Shown here in pieces: positions 53,385 to 64,000 of a DNA stretch of 64,000 bases (positions are counted from its first letter, which is position 1; each line of letters begins with the position of its first letter). The position numbers were made by a program, and so were the translations under genes. This stretch comes from Octopus sinensis. Lineage: Eukaryota. The notes beneath the pieces were generated by a model that worked only from the letters and a program-made list of their open reading frames with translations, made no database searches and was not told where the DNA came from. The DNA lies in assembly GCF_006345805.1 (NCBI RefSeq), contig NC_043005.1, positions 48,484,001 through 48,548,000 on the forward strand, in the 5' to 3' direction.

Positions 53385-53590
53385 TGCATATATGGATGGG
53401 CTGTGTAAACAACATGAAATACGTAGACAAACGTGTTAAATACGTAAACAACGATAGAGAAAAATAAAAAACAGGATAAGTAAACAAAGAGAAACGAGAG
53501 GTTTCCTTCAGTTTCCGTCAACCAAATTCTCTCACAAGGCGTTGGTGGGCCTGAGGGTAGACACTTGCCCAAGGTGTTACGCTGTGGCAA
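53040..53590 (-). mobile_element. SINE B with expanded internal (TA)n
   Basis: Tail 53040-53210 and head fragment 53500-53590. Confidence 0.7.
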
Positions 53591-53654
53591 ACTTTTCACC
53601 AAACAGTCACGCCTGCGAAAAATGTGAGCAAAACAATAAAGAATGATTTTGAAT

Positions 53655-53785
53655 AACTGATTGCTAGCAGAGTCACAACAGCTGATTGGTAGTTCAACCC
53701 CGAGCACCTGATTGCTAGCAGAGACACAGCAACTGATTGCTGTTTGAGGCACAGAAATTGATTGCTAGCACAGCAAGCACCACTC
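53655..53785. repeat. Five ~25-bp units with invariant TGATTG
   Basis: TGATTG at 53658, 53683, 53709, 53734 and 53759. Confidence 0.85.
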
Positions 53786-54050
53786 AAATTCAGAGGTAGG
53801 AGTAGAGTCGATTATGTAGACGCAAGTACTTAATCTTATCAACTCACTAGAAGTGGAATTATAAAGTAGATGCTGGTTGAATTTGAGTTTTTAATGTAAC
53901 AATTCGTACTTCATACTACCAGATTTATTATCTATCGTTTTATCAATTCTGCTAATGTAATCCCAGTCGCTTACTAATACTTCCTCACGATTTTTGTATT
54001 AAATTATAAGTAACATTAAATAATTAATAGCGACAAAAGGTTAATATATG

Positions 54051-54289
54051 ACCACCTCTTAAAAGTGGATGTTGTGTTGGAACACAGAATACTGCGTTAT
54101 TTCCCATGAAAGAACCTCTTACACGAATGAACTGTGAGGCATATAAGAACTGGCGGCGATGGCGGACGATTATCTCCTGCTAACGATACAAACACGAGTG
54201 CTTATATGCACCACAAGTCCATATGAGAGGTTCTCTCACGGTAAATAATGTAGTAGTGTGTTGCAGCACAACATTCACTCTTACGTGGT
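54051..54289. repeat. Old foldback (MITE-like) element, ~95-bp imperfect arms
   Basis: GATGTTGTGTTGGAACAC...GAACCTCT...GCATATAAG aligns to the reverse complement of 54197-54289. Confidence 0.7.
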
Positions 54290-54407
54290 GACAAATATAA
54301 GTAACATTGGCTATGCATTTACTTGCTCTTTCAAGGAACTTGTGGCAGAAATTTGAGAGACGTCATCTAACATCAGGAATGCAACACAGCTGAATCTATG
54401 GCCTTAG

Positions 54408-54715
54408 TGAAGGCGCGTGGCTAAGTGGTTAAAGTATTTGGCTTACGATCGTAAGGTTATGACTTCGATTCCCGGCAACGCGTTGTGTACTCTATTTCAT
54501 GTTGCTTCAATCCACTCAGCTGCACGAAAATGAGTAGTACTTGTATTTCAAAAGGGCAGCCTTATCACATTCTTTGTCACACTGAATCTCCCTGAGAAGT
54601 ACGTTAAGGGCACCCAAGTCTGCAGTGCTCAGCTACATGCACGTTAGTTTCACGAGCCAAGCTCTTCAGTTGACCGGATCAAGTGGAACCCTCGAAATCG
54701 TAACTGACAGAGCGC
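54408..54715 (+). mobile_element. SINE with family E head and family C-type body
   Basis: Head GGCGCGTGGCTAAGTGGTTA...TTCGATTCCCGG; body GTATTTCAAA.GGGCAGCC...GGAACCCTCG. Confidence 0.75.
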
Positions 54716-54734
54716 TAAGTTTTAGTCAGCGTCA

Positions 54735-54870
54735 GTATTGGTTTCTAACAGTTACAAGACTACAAATTTGAGGGGATGGGATAGACGGCCCTTATTTTAT
54801 CGACCCCTAAAGGGTTAAAAGGAGAGTTGAGTTTGGCAACATCTGAACTCAGAACTGTAAAATGATGTAA
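54735..54870 (-). mobile_element. Decayed SINE A
   Basis: TTTATCGACCCC...TCTGAACTCAGAAC. Confidence 0.6.
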
Positions 54871-55088
54871 TCAAATACAGGTACAACATTGATTGTCTGG
54901 ACACTGATAGTCCGGAACTTTTTATAATCCGCACTAATTTACAAGCAGGAACTTTAAATTTTCGCGGCCGCCAGGTTACTGAAACCTCGTACAAACTCAT
55001 ACCTTGTACAGACTAGTAACATGCACTGTATAGTATTAATAACCTTGTATCATATATACTAATATACAGGTAACTATATTTCATCTGT

Positions 55089-55370
55089 GGAGGCACATGG
55101 CCTAGTGGTTAGAGCAGCGGACTCGCGGTCGAAGGATCGTGGGTTCGAATCTCAGACCGGGCGATGTGTGTGTTTATGAGCGAAACACGCAGCTCCGGCA
55201 GAAGGTTATGGCGAACTTCTGCTGACTCTTTCGCCACAACTTTCTCTCCTCCTGCATCTTGCAGCTCACCTGCGACATACTGGCGTCCAGTCCAGGTGGG
55301 GAAACTATACGCCAAGGAAACGAGGAAACCGGCCCTATGAGCCAGGCGTGGCTCGAGAAGGAACAAACAA
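55089..55370 (+). mobile_element. SINE family C head with a different tail
   Basis: Head GGAGGCACATGGCCTAGTGGTTAGAGCAGCGGACTCGCGGTCGAAGGATCGTGGGTTCGAATCTC; tail CTGCGACATACTGGCGTCCAGTCCAGG...GAAACCGG. Confidence 0.85.
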
Positions 55371-55659
55371 ATTTCGTCTAATAATTATTTAAGTAAATTA
55401 ACATTTGTTTAATTTAGAGTATGTTGATCTAGGTGGTCACTCCTGGTTCGGAAAAAATAATCATCCGGAAAGGGTTTGGAACCACAGGTGTTGGAAAATC
55501 AGATACACATACATGCACACACACACACACACTCTATACACATGTATAGACCTCACCCAAGACACACACACGCATGTGTGTGTGTGTTGAGTGGAGTGTA
55601 TACACATATATCGTTATATATGTAGTATATATTCATAAATATGTATATTTTACCTTTTA

Positions 55660-55800
55660 CTTGTTTTAATCATTAGACTGCAGCCATGGTGGGGCATTGC
55701 CTTAAAGAATCTTTTAGTCGAACGAATCGACAGCAGTGCTTATATTTCTTAAAGCCTGATACTTATTCTATCGGTCCATTTTGCCGAACCGCTAGATTAC
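55660..55800 (-). mobile_element. SINE B 3' fragment
   Basis: Family B tail in reverse orientation. Confidence 0.75.
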
Positions 55801-56057
55801 GGAGGTGCACGTTCTCCGAGACTAACGATTATGGTGTCCATGGTCATTTAGCTCAGTAGTGCAGTACGTCCGGTCGGAATTTGAGATTACAGAGTTGGAT
55901 TCTCTTTGGCAGACTGCTGGTCACTCTTTTTCGTCCACTAGAGTATGTTACCCGATCCTCTAAGCTTTTTCTCACGGCTGTTTTCCTGCGTTCGAGATTT
56001 TCTTCATTTCTAACATTGATAAATCTATTGATATATATTGGAATGCGTATATTTTTT

Positions 56058-56283
56058 TATTCTTTTACTTGTTTCATTAATTTGACTGCGGCCATGCTGG
56101 AGCATTCCCTTAAGGGGATTTTAGTCGAACAAATCGACCCAGGATTTAGTCTATGTAAGCCTAGTACTTATTCTATCAGTCTTCTTTACCGAACCGCGAA
56201 GTTATGGGGACGGAAACACACCAGCATCGGTTGTCAAGCAATGATGGTGGCAGCAAACACATAAACAAACACACGAGTATACA

Positions 56284-56328
<45 letters not shown>

Positions 56329-56500
56329 ACACACATATATATATATATGTACGATGGGCTTCTTTTAGTTTTCGTCAACCAAATCCACTCACAAGGCTTT
56401 GGTCGACTCGAGGCTATAGTAGAAGACACTTATCCAAGGTGGGACTGAACCCCTGAACCATGTGATTGGGAAGCAACTTCTTACTACACAGCAACGACTG
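56058..56500 (-). mobile_element. SINE family B, near full length
   Basis: Tail, (CA)n and head. Confidence 0.9.
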
Positions 56501-56502
56501 CG

Positions 56503-56562
<60 letters not shown>

Positions 56563-57290
56563 TTGCAAAAATACCGCGATGCTGTCACAATATTCGGAAA
56601 ATAATTTTATAAAAGTTATTTACAGGTATAAAAGAATCTTAGAAAATCAATAACATGAACTTTTTGCAATGAAGTTTTCGAACTGTGTGTATAACCGAAG
56701 AACGAAACCACTTACACACGCAATACTTCAGTAGAATCGGTGTAGGTTTTGGTTTAGTTCAAAGCTCCTCTGAAATTTCTCTCGATAGTTCGACTATTTG
56801 CTATAGGTGACTCCTTGCTCTTTCGCAGCATGCTGTATGTATTGTAATTTTCCGCGTGTTATGTAATTCACTACTTGATTCTTGTTCGAAAGGATTTTTT
56901 TGTTTTGTTTTGTTTTGTTTTTTTTTTTGCATTTACCCAAAGAAGATAACCATTCCTTTTACCAGACTTGTATTAATGGTTAAAAATTATAACTAACAAA
57001 ATTATCTATAGTTTTGTGTGAACCACCTAATTTCATCCAATTTTTGGAAAGAATCTAATTACTATATTAGTTTATATGACTCGAAACTCTTTCCATTTAG
57101 CTGAAATTAGACCTTGCCCATTAAGAGGATCCATAAGACCATTCATTATCTGGGAGAATGAAGAGTCCTCTATGCCCACGTTCTGTATTCAACAGCACGA
57201 TGTAATACAACACATCTATAAATGTATGTATGTATGTATGTATGTATGTATGCACATATGTATGTATGAATGAATGTGTGTATGCATGTA

Positions 57291-57880
57291 TAGGGGTTGG
57301 GCAAAATAATGGATACACCTTAAAATTTCAAACAAATTTATTTTAATATGGGTTAGGACCGCCTTTGGCAGTAATTACAGATTGAATTCTAAGAGGTATG
57401 AACTCGTACAAAGTTTGAATTATTTCTGATGGAACTTTTGTCCATTCTTCAGTTAAAACATTTTTCAGTTCTTGTAGTGATGATGGTGGAGGATATCGAT
57501 TCCTTACTTGTTTCTCTAAAATGCGCCATAAATATTCAATAACATTGAGATCTGGGGACTGTGGTAACCAGATAAGATGTTCAACTTCACTAGAATTTTC
57601 CACGTACCATTCAGTAACAACTTGATCTGTGTGAATTGGTTCCTTAACATCCTGAAAGATTGCGTTTCCCTCCGGAAACAGTTCCGTAAACTGCCATGAA
57701 GTGAAACCATTGGGCCGGCGGATTTCCAAGATAACCCCCCCCCCCCCGATCATCACAGATCTTCCTCCATGTTTAGCAGTTAGAAGAAGGCAGTCTGGGT
57801 AAAATGCTTCTTTTGGCAGTCTCCACACGTATACTCGGCCGGTGGTCGGAAATAAGGTAAAGGATGACAATAGTGAGATG
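57291..57880 (-). mobile_element. Tc1-like DD37E transposon, 3' half with terminal repeat
   Basis: SSFTLFPTTGRVYVWR...KHGGRSVMI...AIFQDVKEPIHT...PQSPDLNVIEYLW...AKGGPNPY* with 37 residues between D and E; terminus TAGGGGTTGGGCAAAATAATGGATACACC at 57291. Confidence 0.88.
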
Positions 57881-57899
57881 TTATTGTTTCACTTTTGAC

Positions 57900-58102
57900 A
57901 CGTAATACTGGAAGAGTGGAAGATATAAGAGATTGCTCTGGGCTCGCTTTGGGCAAGAAGTTGAAAATTTTGGGGGGCCATGTAGTGTCATGGCATGTTT
58001 AAAATTTGAATGAAATCGGTTGTGTAGTTCACGAGTTTTAAGGATTCACGTAGACAGACAAACACACACACACACACACACATTCTCATCTTTATATATT
58101 GA
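57900..58102 (-). mobile_element. Helitron 5' remnant
   Basis: Minus strand A|TCAATATATAAAGATGAGAATG(TG)n TTTGTCTGTC...AACCGATTTCATTCAAATTT; no 3' end found. Confidence 0.55.
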
Positions 58103-58132
58103 TATATATATATACACATCATGATTATACGC

Positions 58133-58177
<45 letters not shown>

Positions 58178-59124
58178 CTATATATATAATATATATATAT
58201 ATATATAATATATATATATATATAGCATATGATTATATATATATATGTATGTAAGAGTATATATATATATATCTAACATATGGTTACATATATATATCTA
58301 ACATACGTTCTTGTAATGCACTTGATGGCAACTCATTTGACATGCAATATTGTGTTTAACTCTCGTGGAAACAGTAATTGTTACATGGTGAGTGTCATAT
58401 GATCCTTTTTTGGGATACAATTATACCTCCTTTCCTTTGAATTTTATCTATAAAATATAACTAGAGAATATCATACATTACAGGCTTTTGTCAAACATCC
58501 ACGAAGTTGCTCACTATTATTCATAATGATTACGATGCATAATCGTTCTTTCGCACAACAATTAGTGGTTACGTGGGAATGGGTGCGTACGTGTGTGTGT
58601 GTGTGTATTTACGTGGGTACGTGTGTGCGTATAATTGTTATTATATACACGTGTATGTGTATATATACAAATATACTTATTTATATATATACATCTATAT
58701 ATATAAATATACACACATGCACACACAAACACGCACACATACATACACACACACACACAATGTCCTTTTCTGTGATGGTAAGATCAACAAAAAAGTATGA
58801 CATCTGGTGTGAGACAGATATTATTTAGTAAGCTCAATATATGTTATGTGCTATTATTAGTTTCATGTGATGAGAGCATGTCAGACAGTACTTTTTAACA
58901 CGTTTGGTGTCCCAGCGCAATCATCAGGCAGATAAAAATTAAGGAAAGAAATTATAATTGTACCTATAAAGCTTCATATATATATATATATGGGTGTGTA
59001 TGCGCGCGCGCATGCCTGCATGTGTGCTTATGTGTGTGAGTGTGTGTTGCTCCGTCTTCACCATAAAAATTTAGTTCGACTAAATTGACCTCAGTGCTTA
59101 CTTTATGTCACCTACTTTTGTATA

Positions 59125-59322
59125 TATATATATAACGGGAAGGTTTACGAAAATAAACAAAAGACGAAGGCAGGTGGAGTACAAACAAACAAATGTATTA
59201 GTATGGCGCTCAGGAATAGAAATAGAACAAGTCTTTAACGTTTCGAGCCTACGCTCTTCGACAGAAAGATACACAGAAAAGAAACACGGAGAGAAACAAG
59301 GAGAGAAAAAAATGTGTGTAGG

Positions 59323-59325
<3 letters not shown>
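59125..59325 (-). mobile_element. Penelope-like mini-element with variant hammerhead core
   Basis: Minus strand TCTTT-CTGTCGA-A-GAGC-GTAG-GCTC-GAAAC-GT-T-AAAGA at 59269-59232; flanked by (TA)n. Confidence 0.65.
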
Positions 59326-59353
<28 letters not shown>

Positions 59354-60339
59354 TATTAAGGTGTTTTTTTTTTCACAATTTATACGTACATATAATATAT
59401 ATATATATATATTTATATATTTGTATATATATATATACAAATTGTGTAAAGAAAACCACCTTAATAATTTAATAATCTTACGTTGATTGTACTACCGTTT
59501 ACAAGAAATAGACTGTATAAGTGAACTATAGAATAACAGTACGAGGAGGTACCCGTATGTATTTTTTACTAGAAGAATCAAGCAATCTTTTTGCTCTCAT
59601 GTCCTGTGAGTAACGTTTACAATTTAGCAGCTACTCTACCCTTTGCTTGTTCAAAGTATTTTCATAAGTTCGTGCTAAATGTCAGATTTGTAGTTAGACC
59701 TTGCCTCATACATTCTGAACAATATGTTTTCCTAAGTCACAAGTCAATCTATTGATTGAAAAAATTATGGAAATATATATTATCAATGATACGTGGACGC
59801 CAGAGAAGTATGTCCTGCGTATCACAAGTGTTTCGAAGGGGAGGCAAAGCACTAAGCGCTAGCAGTTAAGCAATCCCAAATTAGCTACTAAGAATTCTTT
59901 TTTATGGTGAGGTCAGTCCTGGATTATAATGCTTAATGAACTATAAAATGTATAATTCATACTTTTCAAATATGAATTATACTTACAAGTCGTCTAAAGT
60001 TGCGACCTAAGACAAGCAAAAGAAGTGGTTCCCCAATTACAAAGGCCAATAGACTACTGGTGGCCGGGTAATCGTGTTACTGATTAAAATGGTTTCTGTA
60101 CTGTTTGCTCTATCGAAATAGCAATTACAGCAATAGTTTTCAACCATTTCTTTTTTTTTTTTTTACCTATAGACCCCTTTGATTCCTATTTTATTTGGAC
60201 GGAGCTCCGTAGCCATTCCATGTTTTGAGAAAATCCCATTATATTTTTATACCTAAATATTATTTGGAATTGAATTTTAAAAATGTTAACATATATTGTG
60301 TATTGTAGGAGTATAATCAAATTTTTTTTGCGCCAGTCC

Positions 60340-60495
60340 ATCGCAGCGTTACACCTTTTTGCCAGCTGAGTGGACTGGAGCAACGTGAAATGAAGTGTTT
60401 TGCTCAAGAACACAACGCGTCGCCCGGTCCAGGAATCGAAACAACAATCTTATGATCATGATGCTGACACCCTAACCACTAAGCCACGAGTCCCT
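60340..60495 (-). mobile_element. SINE family E
   Basis: Minus strand GTGGCTTAGTGGTTAGG...TTTCGATTCC...TTGTGTTCTTGAGCAAAACACTT...CTGCGATGGACTGGCG. Confidence 0.85.
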
Positions 60496-60804
60496 ACATA
60501 ATCAAATTATTGCACATAAATTTTCACAAAATTTTATACAGATCCCTAAGAGTCAGATGACATCGGTTGAGAACCACCGGATTTTCTGTTTTAGAAAAAT
60601 CTCCCTTATTTTACTCGGTTTTCGTTTTAGCGCGCGTAAGGTTAAGCAGGCGATAATGGTTTGTTTTCAGCTCCTTGCATAAATGCACACTTTGCATTTA
60701 CTCCTAAAACGCTTATCTAGAATAATAAATCTGAGGGGTTTTGCTGCATTTTGTATTAACATTCTTCTAGGAGACCTACTAAATAATCTATAATATGTGT
60801 TATT

Positions 60805-61185
60805 AAGGCGCAGGTGGGGCTGTGTAGCAAGAAGTTTGCTTCCCAAGCACATGGTTCCGGGTTAACTCCTACTGCGTGACACCTTGGCTAATATATTCTA
60901 CAATAGCTCCGGGCCGAGCAAAGCTTTGTGAGTAGATTCAGTTGATGTAAACTGGAAGAATATACGAGTGTGTCTTTGCGTATGTGTTTGTCCCCACCCA
61001 CTTCAAGACAACGGGTGTTGGTTTGTTTACATACCCGGGTTTTAGCTGTTGGACAACAGAGACTGACAGAATAAGTACCTGACTTTAAAAAAATAATTAC
61101 TGTGGTCGATTCGTTTCACTAAACCCATCAACGTGGTGTCCCAGCATGGTTGCAGATATATCATTGACACAAGTTTAAAAAAAAG
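60805..61185 (+). mobile_element. SINE family B
   Basis: Decayed head and tail. Confidence 0.8.
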
Positions 61186-61478
61186 AATAAATAAATATTC
61201 TCTAAATATCGTTAACTATTTTTGGAGAATGAATAATTGATTGAAATGCCAATACAGTCAAGTTCACTAAAAATTGAAATAAATATGCTAAGATCAAATC
61301 TGAAAGGAAATGTTAAGCTGTTACAGCGAAACAGCTTAACGGAAGCGAACCAATTGTCAAAACATTAAAAAAAATGAAAAAAAATACCATAGCCAGCTTA
61401 TTAACTAAATCTTCAAGATAATCTAATATGATGTCAGTACCCATATGTGTGTGTGTGTGTGTCTATGTTTGTATGTAT

Positions 61479-61856
61479 GAAGGGAAAATAGGAAAGCTTC
61501 TGTTTATGTGAAAAGTTTTACAAAACCTTTATATTTTTGGCGCAAAGGCTCATCGTCAGAAGGAAAAAACAGTCTGGAAACTGTCTATTTATACAGGTTC
61601 CGTTAACCCATTCAAATCACTCAGCGTTATGTTAGCAGTAGCAGTCACTCTCCGAATGTTGGTGTAATCGACTTTCCAAGTGCTGGTGTAAACAAGCTTC
61701 TAAATATGGCTGTAGCTTATATAAGGCTGAAAGATTTGAATGGGTTAATGGAACCTGTATCACTAGACATTTTCCAGACTGTTTTTCTTCTGAGGATGGG
61801 CCATCGTGAAATTCTTCGCATTGTCAGAAGCTTTCCTATTTTCCGTTTTTCCCTTC
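61479..61856. repeat. Foldback element: ~82-bp inner arms plus ~18-bp outer arms
   Basis: 61547-~61630 is the reverse complement of ~61722-61802; AAAATAGGAAAGCTTCTG (61485-61502) pairs with 61825-61842. Confidence 0.85.
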
Positions 61857-62184
61857 TTCGATATTATAATGTTTCAAACGAAATACAACGTTCATATACA
61901 TACATACATACATATATATGTGTGTGTGTGTTGTGTGTGTGTGTGTGTTGTGTGTGTGTGTGTGTGCGTGTGTATGTGCGCGCGTGCGCGTGTGTGTGTG
62001 TGTGCGCGTGTGTGTATACGTATATATATATATACATATTTATAAATATACATACATACATATATATATATATATTATATATATATATATATATATAATG
62101 TACCGAGTTTTGTAGAAATTTCACTACCAGTGGCTTAGCATGTATAAAAAAGTCAACAGACAAGATATTCTCAATATAAAATAT

Positions 62185-62434
62185 TGTACATTTAAACACG
62201 AGAGAAGCTGCCTTTAAGAGCCGGCTTTACACGCTAGAAGAAGCAGTCAAAACGACCAAAACCACATTTAAAATAAACTTTTACCTTGTTATTTTTACGT
62301 AAAAATAACAAGGTAAAAGTTTTTTATTTTTCATTCCCTTCGAAATTGCTTTTAAATGTGGTTTTGGTCGTTTGGACTGCTTCCTCTAGCGTGTAAAGCT
62401 GACTAGGCAGATTCTCTTGCGTTTAAAGGTACAC
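62185..62434. repeat. MITE-like foldback with a perfect internal 48-bp palindrome
   Basis: Arms CTTTACACGCTAGA.GAAGCAGTC.AAACGACCAAAACCACATTTAAAA and its reverse complement; palindrome at 62275-62322. Confidence 0.88.
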
Positions 62435-62452
62435 TATTTTATATATAATACA

Positions 62453-62488
<36 letters not shown>

Positions 62489-62560
62489 TATATATATGTA
62501 TATATATATATATATATACATGTATGTATATATATATATACATATAATATATACATATTG

Positions 62561-62621
<61 letters not shown>

Positions 62622-62629
62622 CATATATA

Positions 62630-63655
62630 TATTGTCCTGTTTTTGTTACCACTCACCCTCCGTAAAAAATACCCAAATTTTATTTAATTTGCTTTGCGGG
62701 TGGATTGTTTCAACGAAGTCGCGTATTGTCCTTACCTTCGTAATGCGGGGAAGCTGAAACAGGGACAACTGATGAAGGGGAATATTCTTTATGTTGCATG
62801 TCTCGGTTCTCTGTATATTCTTTTCGTTGTTCGAAAAAAAGTTAGTTTTCCATGTTTTTGTTCTTATGTTTTCTTTTCTCATTGTGTCTACGTTTTTTTT
62901 TTTGATGTCCTGTACCCATATATGCATGTATATATACATATATGTAGGTATGTACATGTATGTATGTATATATGCATATATTTACATATTATTTATATTA
63001 TATGATCGAACGCCACACATCCTTTTCCAAGTAAGTTTTATCTTAATAAACATGATGCGCACTCTTCTCCTATCTCTTCTCTGTCTATCTATCTCACTCT
63101 CTTGTTCTTCCTTTCTGTTTTTCTCTCACACCCTTTTCCTATTCTTCTCCTTTCCCCTTCACCGTTCCTACTCTCTCTCACTCTTCCTCCTTGATTCTCT
63201 CGTCGCTGACACGTGACGAAAGGTGATCTATCTTTCTTCCACTCCCCTTGTAAAGACAAGACGTGCTTTTACCTGTCTCTTCTCATAGCTCGTCTTTCTA
63301 GCGCTCATAATCTTTCACCTCGTTATGGCTTAACAGCCCTCACCGTTTGTTTTTACTGTCTTGTTCTCACTGTCCTGTTTTTGTTACCACTTTCACCCTC
63401 CGCAACAAATCCCAAATTTTATTTGCTTTGCAGGAAGGACTGTTTCAATGAAGTCGTGTATTATCCTTACCTTCAATGCGCGGAGTACATGAAACAGAGA
63501 CAACTGATGAAAGGAATCTTCTTTTTGTTGCATGTCTCAGTTCTCTATTTGTTTCTTTCGTTGTTCAAAAAAATTTTCGTTTTCTATGTTTTTGTTCTTG
63601 TTTTCGTTTTTTATTGTGTCTACATGTTTCTGATGTCCTGTGCCCATATGTGCAT
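62630..63655 (+). mobile_element. Two direct copies (62630-62930 and ~63370-63655) of a Penelope-like terminal repeat
   Basis: Both copies read TGTCCTGTTTTTGTTACCACT...CAACTGATGAA.GG...TGTTGCATGTCTC...GATGTCCTGT.CCCATAT; homologue at 52190-52570. Confidence 0.6.
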
Positions 63656-63874
63656 GTATATATACATATATATGTAGGTATGTACATTTATGTATGCATA
63701 TATGCATACATAAATTTATTTATATTATTTATATATACATAACATATTATATATACACACATATATATACATAAATATATACATATATATATACATACAT
63801 ATATACATATACATATATATAATAACACACAAATATATATATATATATTATACATATATATATACATATATATA

Positions 63875-63938
<64 letters not shown>

Positions 63939-64000
63939 ATATATATATATATACGTATATATATGTGTATATATATATGTATACTCACCTGTCATGCCTC

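Noticed and set aside
53655-53785. CRISPR-like repeat/spacer appearance (also 33366-33419)
   Set aside because: Eukaryotic context, conserved core under 10 bp, spacers related to each other, no cas genes.
58893-58935. Minus-strand CTGATGA...CAAACGTG hammerhead-like string (also GACCA/TGGTC-GAAAC at ~25245-25275)
   Set aside because: Half of the core or helix I is missing and there are no homologous copies in the window to support it.

Overview
Very AT-rich, microsatellite-saturated animal genomic DNA. The repeat families match those I recall from coleoid cephalopods, most likely Octopus; this is an inference from sequence style, not a database result. No host protein-coding gene can be recognised with confidence, and almost all ORF-track entries are translations of (TA)n/(TG)n tracts. 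Supported content: (i) dozens of tRNA-headed SINE copies in several families (A, B, C and E are my labels); (ii) three Tc1-superfamily transposons, namely a full-length 1.6-kb IR/DR DD34E element with TA target duplication, a 3' fragment, and a DD37E fragment; (iii) a composite non-autonomous Helitron carrying a Pif1-helicase slice and a ~164-bp tandem array, plus two small Helitron remnants; (iv) decayed LINE 3' ends (RTE, two CR1/L2-group, one R4/Dong); (v) short elements inside (TA)n tracts that carry minimal hammerhead-ribozyme cores of the Penelope type, one apparently intact; (vi) many foldback/hairpin structures, one with only G-U-compatible transitions. A few splice-signal-defined exon and microexon candidates are reported at low confidence. 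Repeat boundaries are read by eye and are approximate unless termini are stated.
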